64,000 bases of DNA from an uncultured Spirochaetota bacterium (GTDB lineage: Bacteria; Spirochaetota; Spirochaetia; SZUA-6; Fen-1364), in NCBI GenBank assembly GCA_963845535.1, contig CAWJSK010000018.1, forward strand, positions 64,001-128,000. Reading direction: 5' to 3'. Under the pieces are notes generated by a model, which saw only the letters and a program-made list of their open reading frames with translations, did not search any database and was not told the DNA's origin. Shown here piece by piece: positions 28,420 to 37,184 of this stretch; position 1 is the first letter of the stretch, and every line of letters begins with the position of its first letter. The position numbers and the translations under genes are program-made.

Positions 28420-31080
28420 ATGGTCCGCTTCATCCTGAATGGGCAGGAGGTCACCGCCCCCGAAGGCAGGTCTCTCCTTTCCTGGCTTCGTGAGGATCGC
28501 CACATCACTTCCGCGAAGAACGGCTGCGGGGAAGGGGTGTGCGGCGCGTGCTCCGTGATCGTAGACGGCGCCGCGCGTCCGTCCTGCACGATGTCCCTCG
28601 AGCGTCTGGAGGGGAAAACCGTCCTTACCGTGGAGGGGATCAGCGGACCGGAAATGGATTGCTACGTGCAGGCTTTCGCCGAGGCGGGTGCGGTGCAGTG
28701 CGGTTTCTGCACACCCGGCATGGTGATTTCGACAAAAGCCCTCCTGGACGGGAACCCTGATCCTGATGAGCGCCAGGTCCGGACCGCCTTGAGAAGGAAC
28801 CTGTGCCGATGCACGGGGTACGCCAAGATCCTGGAAGCGGTGCGCATTGCCGCTGATTTGCGAAAGGCTTTGGCAGCGGGTGCTGCGCCCAGCGGACAGG
28901 CAGCGGAACCGGAAAAGCGGGCAGGCGTGGGGGAGAGGCTCGTTCGCCTTGATGCCGCCGCAAAGGTGCGCGGAAGCGCGCGCTACGTGGATGACCTGTT
29001 CGAGCCGGGAGATGCTCTATGGGCGCCGCACTAAGGTCCCCGCACCCCCGGGCAATGCTGCTCTCCCTGGATGTCAGCGCCGCCCGAAGCCTGCCCGGAG
29101 TGGCCGTGGTTGCAACGTGGGAGGACATACCCGGTGCGCGGCACACGGGTCACGTCATCCCTGACTGGCCCACGCTGGTCGCGGTGGGGGAAGAGACTCG
29201 CTATGTCGGAGATGCAATAGCCTTCGTTGCCGCGGAGACCCCTGCCAGGGCGCGTGAGGCGCTGGATCTCATCGTCGCCTCATTCGAAAAGCTTCCCCCC
29301 GTTGCTTCCCCCGAAGCGGCGCTTGCTCCCGGCGCTCCACGCATACACGCGAACGGAAACATCCTGTCGGAGCTCGTCTTGCACCGTGGTGACGCAGAGG
29401 CTGCCCTGGCGTCATCCACCCACGTGGTGGAGCAAAGGTTCACGACCCCTTTCACGGACCACGCTTTCATGGAACCCGAGAGTGCGCTGGGGTACCCGCC
29501 GGACTCGAACGGCGTGGTGCTTGTGCGCACCGCAGAACAGAACGTCTACGACGGGCAGCGCTACGTGGCGGACACCCTGGGCATCCCCCGGGAGCGCGTT
29601 CGAGTGGTCTCCGAGTTCGTGGGGGGCGGGTTCGGCGGCAAAGAGGACCAGACGGTCCAGCACGTGGCCGCTCTGCTGGCGTGGCTCTCCGGCAAGCCCG
29701 TCAAATGCACCCTGGGAAGGGCGGAGAGCACGCGCGTGCACGTGAAGCGTCATCCCATGACCATCGACATGCGCCTGGGTTGCGACGCCAACGGCAAGCT
29801 CCTGGGGTGCGCGGCCAGGATCGTCGCTGACACCGGCGCCTATGCCTCTTTGGGAGGCCCTGTCCTGCACCGCGCCGTGACCCATGCCCGGCGGTCCCTA
29901 CGCCTATGAGAACATCCACGTGGAGGGCATTGCAGTCCACACGAACAACCCTCCGGCCGGAGCGTTTCGAGGCTTTGGCGTGCCGCAGGTCAACTTTGCC
30001 GTTGAAAGCGCGCTCAACGCGCTCGCGAAGAAGGCGGGTTTATCGCCGTGGGAAATCCGATTCAGGAACGCCGTACGCCCGGGCCAGCGGCTTCCCAACG
30101 GGCAGATTGCAGGGCCCGACACCGCGCTGGAGGAATGCCTCCTCGCGGTCAAGGAGAGCTTCGAGGAATCCCGCGCCAGCGCTGGCATTGCCTGCGGGTT
30201 CAAGAACACGGGCCTGGGAATGGGCCATCCGGATGTCGGCCGATGTCGGTTGCTTGTCCGCTCGGATCACGTGGAGGTCCTTTCAGGCGCCGCTTGCATT
30301 GGCCAGGGAATTGCCACGGTCCTTGCGCAGATCACCTGCCAGGTGCTTGCGCTGGACCCTGCGCGCGTGCTCGTGAGCGCGCCAGACACCGCCTCTACTC
30401 CTGATTCGGGAACCACCACCGCCTCACGGCAGACGCTCATCACCGGTGAGGCCTGCCGGCTGGCATGCGAGGCCGCGCTGGCGACGCTTCGGCACGATGC
30501 ACCGCGGGCGGGCCCAGCCTCCGACGCCCCTGGCGCTTTCCCCCTGGCGTCCCTTGCGGGCAGGGAGTTCCTCGGGGAGTACGAAGCAGTCACGGATCCC
30601 TTCGAGACAGAGAGTGCCCATCCCGTGAGGCATGTTGCTTACAGCTACGCGTGCCACCTCGTCGTTCTCGGTCCCGACAAGCGCGTCCAGCGCGTCGTGG
30701 CCGCTCACGACTCTGGGCTGGTCGTGAACCCGCTTGCCTTCGAGGGGCAGGTGGACGGCGGCGTTGTCATGGGGCTGGGGTTCGCGCTCACCGAAAGCCT
30801 CCCCATGGACACGTGCGTGCCCACGGCGCGCTTTGGGCAGCTCGGCCTCCTGCGGGCAACGGAGGTTCCGCCTATCAAGACGATCATCGTGCGCAAGGCA
30901 GGCGCCGGGACCGCCATCGACGGCGGGGTGTCAGGCGCTGGTTTCGGGGCAAAGGGCATTGGTGAGATTGCGGCCATCCCCACTGCTTCGGCGGTTGCCG
31001 GAGCATATTTCGCGCTGGATGGCCGGCTGCGCGTAAACCTGCCGCTCGACGGTACTCCTTACCGGGGCGGCTCGAAATAG
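28420..31080 (+). CDS. xdh: Selenium-dependent-type xanthine dehydrogenase (2Fe-2S + molybdopterin domains), frameshifted in this assembly
   Basis: KNGCGEGVCGAC, QCGFCTPG, NLCRCTGY, GGGFGGKED, GAFRGFG, PDSGTTTASRQT, GAKGIGE. Split over three ORFs by extra bases near 29011, 29022 and 29888. Confidence 0.85.
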
Positions 31081-31108
31081 GACTGCCCTGCTTGAAGAGG
31101 GGGCAGTC
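31081..31108. terminator. Hairpin immediately after xdh
   Basis: GACTGCCC...GGGCAGTC stem; no U-tract on the + strand. Confidence 0.35.
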
Positions 31109-31483
31109 CACGCCGACGTGAATTGGATCTCACCTTCTTCTTGATTCTTCTTCTGCCGATAACCGGGTTCTTGTCTATTATAGCGGTTGCAGTTTTGGTC
31201 GTGCGGGGCCTTCGTCCAACGGAAGAGAACGAGCGGCCCCGGTTGCGAAAATCCCGGAGCCGGGAATCTTTGGTTGGCAGCCTTGCATCGCAGCCCTCTG
31301 CCTCCTTTTCTTTCTTTCCACCTGAAGCTTGGATCCTTTGTCGATCCTTCTATAGCTATCGGGGAGAATGGGCTATCAGCACGCTCGGGAATCTTTCCCC
31401 CCTTTTTCGACACCCGTGTGATAAGCCGAGGGTACTGTGCCGCCAAGACACGTCATGGGGCAATCCAGAAAGGAGTGACAAAA

Positions 31484-31873
31484 ATGATCGGCTATGTTGG
31501 AAACATTGAAAAGCAGACACTGAAGAATAGTTATTTCAGACAGGTCTTATTCACCGCAAAAAATGCTCAACTAGTTGTGATGTGTCTTCAACGGGGAGAT
31601 GAAATTGGGAATGAGGTCCACCATGATGTTGACCAATTCTTCAGGATTGAGCAAGGCGAGGCAAAGTTCATCTTCAATGAAAAAGAGGAACACGTTGTCC
31701 ATGATGGCGAAGCCGTCATTGTTCCGGCGGGGACATTTCATAACGTCATAAACACCGGAAAGGGACAGTTGAAGCTCTACACCATTTACTCACCACCAAA
31801 CCATGCCGACGGTACAGTGCACAAGACGAAGGCTGAAGCCGACAAGGCCGAGGAAGAGCATCATAACCACTAA
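31484..31873 (+). CDS. Cupin domain protein
   Basis: AAGGAG RBS; QLVVMCL, IGNEVH, DQFFRIEQG, VPAGTFHNVIN, YTIYSPPNH; visibly more AT-rich than neighbours. Confidence 0.92.
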   Translation: MIGYVGNIEKQTLKNSYFRQVLFTAKNAQLVVMCLQRGDEIGNEVHHDVDQFFRIEQGEAKFIFNEKEEHVVHDGEAVIVPAGTFHNVINTGKGQLKLYTIYSPPNHADGTVHKTKAEADKAEEEHHNH

Positions 31874-32079
31874 ATTGGTGAGCGATACGCTGGTTGCGAG
31901 CCTGGTTTCGCAGGTATGCAGTGCAGACCATTCTCGAGAGGGAGAAAGAAGACTGCCCATATCCCGCCTTCTGTCGCCCATGAAAAGGAACAGCGCCGGG
32001 GCTTCATACTCACTTGATGGTCACTTTCTCGCAGTCGTCGGTAGACCGCGGCGGTTCTCGCTACAGGATCGATGTGGTC

Positions 32080-32225
32080 AATATCCGCGCCGCCGCAGAC
32101 CCGGTGACGCGCGCGGCCCTTGAGGTGATCGTCTCGACGGGTCTTCGCATTGGCGGGCTACCCGCGCTCCAAATGCGGAAGGACCTCAGCTATTACACCG
32201 AGAGCAAGGGCAAGCGCTTCGGGAT
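32080..32225 (+). pseudogene. Tyrosine recombinase/integrase remnant
   Basis: DPVTRAALEVIVSTGLRIGGLPAL resembles Box I (TGLR), followed by SKGK. No HxxR or catalytic Tyr region follows. Confidence 0.5.
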
Positions 32226-32314
32226 GCGGTGGCTGCAGAAGGCCCGGGGCACATCTCCATCACGGAGCACTACCTCCAGAACAGCCTGGCGCTGGACGCG
32301 GGGAAGATGTAGGG

Positions 32315-32359
32315 TTGTATTGCCCAACACTTTTGTCTATATTTACCCGACGTTGGGTA
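32315..32359 (+). promoter_or_regulatory. Sigma70 promoter with an operator-like inverted repeat
   Basis: TTGTAT-N17-TATATT (32315-32343); near-palindrome TACCCGACGTTGGGTA (32344-32359); similar half-site TGCCCAAC in the spacer. Confidence 0.6.
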
Positions 32360-32375
32360 TTAGGGGGCAAAGGTA

Positions 32376-32684
32376 ATGGCGGTAATTGATTCCATTCTCA
32401 AAGAGGAGATCGCACGCCTGCGGTCGCTTCGTGCGCACTATGCTGCAAAAAATGCAGCCCTCCCCGCGGGAACTCTCGTCATCAAGAAGAGGAACGGGCG
32501 CCAGTACGCCTATCGTGCTTACCGCGAGGGCAGCCGCGTTGTAACGCTATACGTTGGACCCGCGTCATCCCCAAAGGTAAAGAAGCTCTCCGCCTCCCTA
32601 AGTCAGCGGCGCAAGATTCATGCGGAAATCAAGGCAGTCGATGCGAGCGCGGCGCGCCTGAAGAAAATGCTCAGTGTCCGATGA
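32376..32684 (+). CDS. Small basic protein (DUF6788-like)
   Basis: LPAGTLVIKKRNGRQYAYRAYREGSRVVTLYVG beta-hairpin motif flanked by predicted coiled coils. Confidence 0.75.
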   Translation: MAVIDSILKEEIARLRSLRAHYAAKNAALPAGTLVIKKRNGRQYAYRAYREGSRVVTLYVGPASSPKVKKLSASLSQRRKIHAEIKAVDASAARLKKMLSVR

Positions 32685-33429
32685 CTTTGAGCTTTTCACC
32701 TCCGTCCTCCAGGCCCTGGAGGACGTGGGGATACTTTCGGACATAGTAATCATCGGGGGCTGGGCGCAGCATCTCTATCGTCAGTATTTCAACGATCCCC
32801 CGGAGCTCTCCGTACTGCGCACGGGTGACATCGACATTCTTTTCGCGCGCCCGCCTATCATCAAACCAGTGGGAAACCTCGAAAAAGCACTCACGGCCCG
32901 TGGATTTGACCGGATCTACGGTGAGGATGGAACTACCAAGTTCAGCACCCTTGAGGCAGAAATAGAGTTCCTGGTCCCCGAGAGGGGAAGGGGGGATGAG
33001 AAGCCCTATCTCATCAAAGATCTTGCCATCCGTGCCTCAAGCCTACGCCTTGTCGACATGCTGATGGTGGATCCGGTTGAAGTGAGGTATGGGAAACACA
33101 AAATCAAGATTCCAGACCCGATACGATTCTGCTTTAACAAATTGCTGGTCAGTCAGCGACGCAAGAAAAAAGACAAACGCGAAAAAGACCTCGGGACGGC
33201 GGTTGAGATCGCGGCGCTCCTTTCACGATTTCCGAAATGGCGAAAGCTTTTGCCCGGTCGGCTTGAGGAGCTTCCCAGGAAGCAGCGGGCGCTCGTTCTT
33301 TCATTATTGAAACAGAATGGCAGCCCTGCGGTCGCGGCAATGGGCGTTGTGGGAGTCGGTCACGCAGGGGCGATGAGGATGGGGAACAATGCGCGGCCGT
33401 CCCTCCCACCGGGCAGGAGGCCGCAGTGA
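32674..33429 (+). CDS. Nucleotidyltransferase-fold protein (GSU2403-like)
   Basis: VIIGGWA, LRTGDIDI, IEFLVP, PDPIRFCFNKLLVSQRRKKKDKREKD; overlaps the upstream gene by 11 bp. Confidence 0.8.
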   Translation: MSDDFELFTSVLQALEDVGILSDIVIIGGWAQHLYRQYFNDPPELSVLRTGDIDILFARPPIIKPVGNLEKALTARGFDRIYGEDGTTKFSTLEAEIEFLVPERGRGDEKPYLIKDLAIRASSLRLVDMLMVDPVEVRYGKHKIKIPDPIRFCFNKLLVSQRRKKKDKREKDLGTAVEIAALLSRFPKWRKLLPGRLEELPRKQRALVLSLLKQNGSPAVAAMGVVGVGHAGAMRMGNNARPSLPPGRRPQ

Positions 33430-33559
33430 TCGTGAAGGGCCGGACCGGGCCGGTATGCCCAAGACAATATCCGAACGCTGGCTCCGAAGGACAAGATAAG
33501 ACCTGTAAACAGATTCCTCTAACCTTTTGACTCATAGAGAATGTCGCCGGATAGTTCCT

Positions 33560-34072
33560 CTATTTGGATGCGCCCTTCAGGATCTCGCGAATGGCCTTGA
33601 GATGGTTCAGGTCATGCCCTGCCATCATTTCCGTAACGCGCGTCACTGTCTCTTTCCCCCGCTCGGAGTGCATGCCGTAGCGATCCCAGGCGTCTCGGGG
33701 AAGGCTCTTCAAGAGCCGCACGGTCCGCTCACGCGTCACGCGGTAGGCTTCTATGGACAGCGCGGGGTCATGCTTTGCGTAGTCGGAGTAGCGGGCCCAT
33801 TCGTCCTGGTCGAAGCCTTGAATGGCGCAGCCGCTTGCTCCCAGGATCAACCGGAGCCGGAACCCCTGGACAAGCTCCGTGTCCGCCAGGTGCGCAAGAA
33901 TCTCCGTCACCGACCACTTGTCAGGCGCCGGGCGCTTGGCCAGCTTCTTCTTCGTGACTCCCTGGATGAGTCGGGCAAGCTGCCGCGGTGAGGAAGCGAG
34001 CACCTCAATGGGTTTCTTTCCATCAAGGTAGCCGCGGATCCTCTCGATGTACTGCTGAGGCGTTTCCTTCAT
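33560..34072 (-). CDS. DinB family protein
   Basis: KWSVTEILAHLAD, GHDLNH. Confidence 0.9.
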   Translation of the reverse strand: MKETPQQYIERIRGYLDGKKPIEVLASSPRQLARLIQGVTKKKLAKRPAPDKWSVTEILAHLADTELVQGFRLRLILGASGCAIQGFDQDEWARYSDYAKHDPALSIEAYRVTRERTVRLLKSLPRDAWDRYGMHSERGKETVTRVTEMMAGHDLNHLKAIREILKGASK

Positions 34073-34178
34073 CTGCCGGTCTCCTTGTCCAACCATACTA
34101 CGAGAGTCCGCGTAGAGTCAGCCCGCGACTCATGCGGACTCCCGCGTTGTGGGCTACGCCACCGCGTGGGCTCCCGCG

Positions 34179-35390
34179 CTACAAGTACGCGTGCTCGCCA
34201 AGCTCCGCGGTGTCGAGCCCGACTTCCTCTTCCCCTTCAGCAACGTGCACGCGCGTGATTTTGTTGATCACCCACAGGGCTGCAAAGGCAATGAGGAAGG
34301 AATAGACTGCCGCCCCGAATCCCGCGGTGGCCTGTCTGCCAAGGAAGGCCCAGCCGCCGCGAAGCGCGCCGTCGAATCCCGACGCGTTCACCGCCAGGCT
34401 TCCGAACACACCGAGGCTGAGGATGCCGAGCACACCGCCAACGCCATGGACCCCCCAGACGTCGAGGGCGTCATCCCAGTGCAGCCTGTTCTTCAGAGTG
34501 ATGGCCAGGTAGCATACGAGTCCCGAGAGAATGCCGATAATGATGGCCGCGCCGGGAGTCACGTAGCCGGCCGCAGGGGTAATGGTGGCCAGCCCGGCAA
34601 TGGATCCCGTGAGAAGACCGAGGAACTTCGGCTTTTTTTCAAAGATCCACGCAAGGATCAGCCAGGTTACGGCGGCAAAGGAGGCCGCGAGGTCCGTATT
34701 CAGGAAAGCCGTCACCGTGATCTGGTCCACCCGAAGCTCGCTTCCCGCATTGAACCCGTACCAGCCGAACCAGAGGAGGCCGGTGCCAAGGGCGACCAGG
34801 GGGATGCTGTGAGGCCCGCGGTCCTTGACCTGCCTTGGTCCTATGAAAAAGACGGAGGCGAGGGCCGCGAACCCGGCGGAGGCGTGGACAACAATGCCGC
34901 CCGCGAAGTCCCTGACTCCCCACTGCGCGAGCAGGCCGCCTCCCCATATCATGTGCACGAGCGGGAAGTAGACCAAAATGAGCCAGACGACGAGGAAGAT
35001 GAAGTACGCCGAGAAACGGACCCTGTTGGCGAACGCGCCGGTGATCAGCGCCGGGGTGATGATGGCGAACATCATCTGGTAGACGACGAAGGCGAACATC
35101 GGGATCTGGCCGTCTCCGAAGGCCGTGTTGAGGTCCATTCCGTTGAGGAATGCCATGTGCAGGTCCCCAATGACGGCTCCCTGCCCTCCGGAGAAGCAGA
35201 GGGAGTAGCCGAAGGCAAACCAGATCACGTCCACCACGGCCAGAGAGAGGAAGCTCTGGATCATGATGGTGAGCACATTCTTCCTGCCGACCAGCCCTCC
35301 GTAGAAAAAGGCGAGCCCGGGGGTCATCAGCATGACAAGGCTTGCGGCAATGAGCATGAAACCGGTGTTTCCCGTGTCGAAGTGCGGCAT
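34179..35390 (-). CDS. amt: Ammonium transporter
   Basis: MLMTPGLAFFYGG, DFAGGIVVH, LLWFGWYGFNAGS, DDALDVWGVHGVGG. Confidence 0.97.
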   Translation of the reverse strand: MPHFDTGNTGFMLIAASLVMLMTPGLAFFYGGLVGRKNVLTIMIQSFLSLAVVDVIWFAFGYSLCFSGGQGAVIGDLHMAFLNGMDLNTAFGDGQIPMFAFVVYQMMFAIITPALITGAFANRVRFSAYFIFLVVWLILVYFPLVHMIWGGGLLAQWGVRDFAGGIVVHASAGFAALASVFFIGPRQVKDRGPHSIPLVALGTGLLWFGWYGFNAGSELRVDQITVTAFLNTDLAASFAAVTWLILAWIFEKKPKFLGLLTGSIAGLATITPAAGYVTPGAAIIIGILSGLVCYLAITLKNRLHWDDALDVWGVHGVGGVLGILSLGVFGSLAVNASGFDGALRGGWAFLGRQATAGFGAAVYSFLIAFAALWVINKITRVHVAEGEEEVGLDTAELGEHAYL

Positions 35391-35454
35391 TCAGTTGTCT
35401 CCTTTCCGGTTGTGAGGTGAAAGACGTGCCCTGACCGCAAGACTGTACACCCTG

Positions 35455-35474
35455 TTCTTGCGCCGGCGCAAGAA
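35455..35474. promoter_or_regulatory. Perfect 20-bp palindrome upstream of amt (candidate operator)
   Basis: TTCTTGCGCCGGCGCAAGAA; overlaps the -35 of a possible minus-strand TTGCGC-N18-TACAGT promoter. Confidence 0.55.
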
Positions 35475-35549
35475 AAATGCATCTTCTAAAGGTTGTCCCA
35501 TCCGGCCCCCTTCGCTCGTAATACAAGTAGATTCATGCGAGGAGGTATC

Positions 35550-35891
35550 ATGAACAGATACATGCTGATTCTCTGGGGCGGCGACGCCCGGATGGCGAAG
35601 ATGTCGCCTGAACAGATCCAGGATCACATGAAGCATTGGGGGACCTGGATGGAAAGCCTTTCCAAGCAGGGAGCCTGGGACGGCGGGGAGCCGCTGGGCT
35701 CCGAGGCCCGCCTGGTCAGGGGAGCGAAGAAACCCGTGACCGACGGACCCTATACGGAGGCCAAAGAGGCCGTGACCGGGTATGTGATCCTGAAGGCTGA
35801 CAGCATGGACAAGGCGGCGGAGATCTCGAAGGGATGTCCGCTGTTCGAGATCGACGGGACAGTGGAGGTGCGCCCCATACGAGCCATGTAG
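35550..35891 (+). CDS. YciI/DGPF family protein
   Basis: VTDGPYTEAKEAVTGY, GTVEVRPI; GGAGG RBS. Confidence 0.92.
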   Translation: MNRYMLILWGGDARMAKMSPEQIQDHMKHWGTWMESLSKQGAWDGGEPLGSEARLVRGAKKPVTDGPYTEAKEAVTGYVILKADSMDKAAEISKGCPLFEIDGTVEVRPIRAM

Positions 35892-37168
35892 AACAATCAG
35901 GCAAGGTCTCGGAGCTGGTCGACCATCTTTTCCGGCAGCAAGCGGGGAAGATGGTCGCCGTCCTTTCGCGCATCCTCGGCTTTCGAAACATCGAGACGGC
36001 AGAGGAGATCGTCCAGGAGACGCTTCTGACGGCGCTCCAGGTCTGGTCATTTCGCGGAGTGCCGCCAAACCCGGCGGGTTGGCTCATGGTGGCCGCCCGG
36101 AACAAGGCCATCGATCACATCAGGAGGGAGCGAAACAGGCTGAAGGTCGCCAACGACCTGAGCCTGGCGTTAGACTCCGAGTGGACGCTTTCCTCAGCGG
36201 TGGGTCGGGAGTTCGAGGAGTCCCGGGTACAGGACAGCCTCCTTCGGATGATCTTCACCTGTTGTGATCCGCGTCTCCTTCTGCAAGACCAGGTGGCGCT
36301 CACCCTGAAGTTTCCCGGCGGATTCTCCATCCCAGAGATCTCAGCGGCCCTCCTGAGCGAAGAGGAGGCGGTGCGCAAGCGCCTCTACCGGGCGCGCCAG
36401 CGCCTGCGGAAAGACAAGGAAGCGCTCCAGATGCCCGCGGATTCCGAGCTGGCTGCGCGCCTCGACGCCGTCCTCCAGGTCGTGTACCTGATCTTCAGCG
36501 AGGGGTACAAGACAGCGGAGGGAGAGGCGTTGATCCGAACGGAGTTGTGCGAGGAAGCGATTCGTCTGGCTTCACTTCTTGCCGAGCACCCTTCCTGCGC
36601 TCAGCCCCGGACGTTCGCCCTGCTCGCCCTTCAGTGTTTCCAGGCCGCCCGCCTGTCCGCGCGGACTTTCGAGGACGGCTCCATCTGCCAGCTCGAGGAG
36701 CAGGACAGGTCAACCTGGGATACCGGCCTGATCAATCAAGGCTTCCGCTTCCTCGACCTTTCCGCCCAGGGGACCGAGCTCACTCGCTACCACGTGGAGG
36801 CCGCCATCGCGTCCTGCCATTGCGCGGCTTCTGCTTTCGAAAAAACGGACTGGCGCATGATTGTCACTCTGTACGAAAAGCTGCTTTCGATTTATGACAC
36901 CCCGGTCGTGCGGCTGAACAGGGCCGTTGCAATCGGCTTTGCTTTCGGGGCAGACGCGGCGCTTCGGGAGTTGGAGCTGATCAGGGAGAGTGGCGCGCTT
37001 TCCCGATACTATCTTCTGTATGCAAGTTTGGGCGAGTTCCGCCTGAGGGCCGGCGACCTGGCGGCGGCGAGGGTTGATTTCGAAACGGCGGCCGGGATGT
37101 GCAAGTCCGTCAAGGAGAAAGAGTTCCTCAAGCGGCGCATTGTCCGCTGCGAAGCACAAAGCGCCTGA
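35834..37168 (+). CDS. ECF sigma factor with a C-terminal TPR-like extension (ECF42-like)
   Basis: AEEIVQET, WLMVAARNKAIDHIRR, LRMIFTCCDP, YLIFSEGY; follows a DGPF gene as is typical of ECF42. True start uncertain. Confidence 0.9.
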   Translation: MSAVRDRRDSGGAPHTSHVEQSGKVSELVDHLFRQQAGKMVAVLSRILGFRNIETAEEIVQETLLTALQVWSFRGVPPNPAGWLMVAARNKAIDHIRRERNRLKVANDLSLALDSEWTLSSAVGREFEESRVQDSLLRMIFTCCDPRLLLQDQVALTLKFPGGFSIPEISAALLSEEEAVRKRLYRARQRLRKDKEALQMPADSELAARLDAVLQVVYLIFSEGYKTAEGEALIRTELCEEAIRLASLLAEHPSCAQPRTFALLALQCFQAARLSARTFEDGSICQLEEQDRSTWDTGLINQGFRFLDLSAQGTELTRYHVEAAIASCHCAASAFEKTDWRMIVTLYEKLLSIYDTPVVRLNRAVAIGFAFGADAALRELELIRESGALSRYYLLYASLGEFRLRAGDLAAARVDFETAAGMCKSVKEKEFLKRRIVRCEAQSA

Positions 37169-37184
37169 GGCCCTCCAGCCGGAT

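Noticed and set aside
28420..31080. Selenocysteine recoding or programmed frameshifting in xdh
   Set aside because: The breaks are frame changes, not in-frame TGA codons; there is no slippery heptamer; the same +1 pattern hits unrelated genes.
31123..31509. 128-aa ORF with a hydrophobic N-terminus after xdh
   Set aside because: No RBS or motif, and it overlaps the cupin start. A short membrane peptide is possible but unsupported.
35550..37168. DGPF protein plus TPR-extended sigma factor as a new system
   Set aside because: Matches the already described ECF42-type arrangement.
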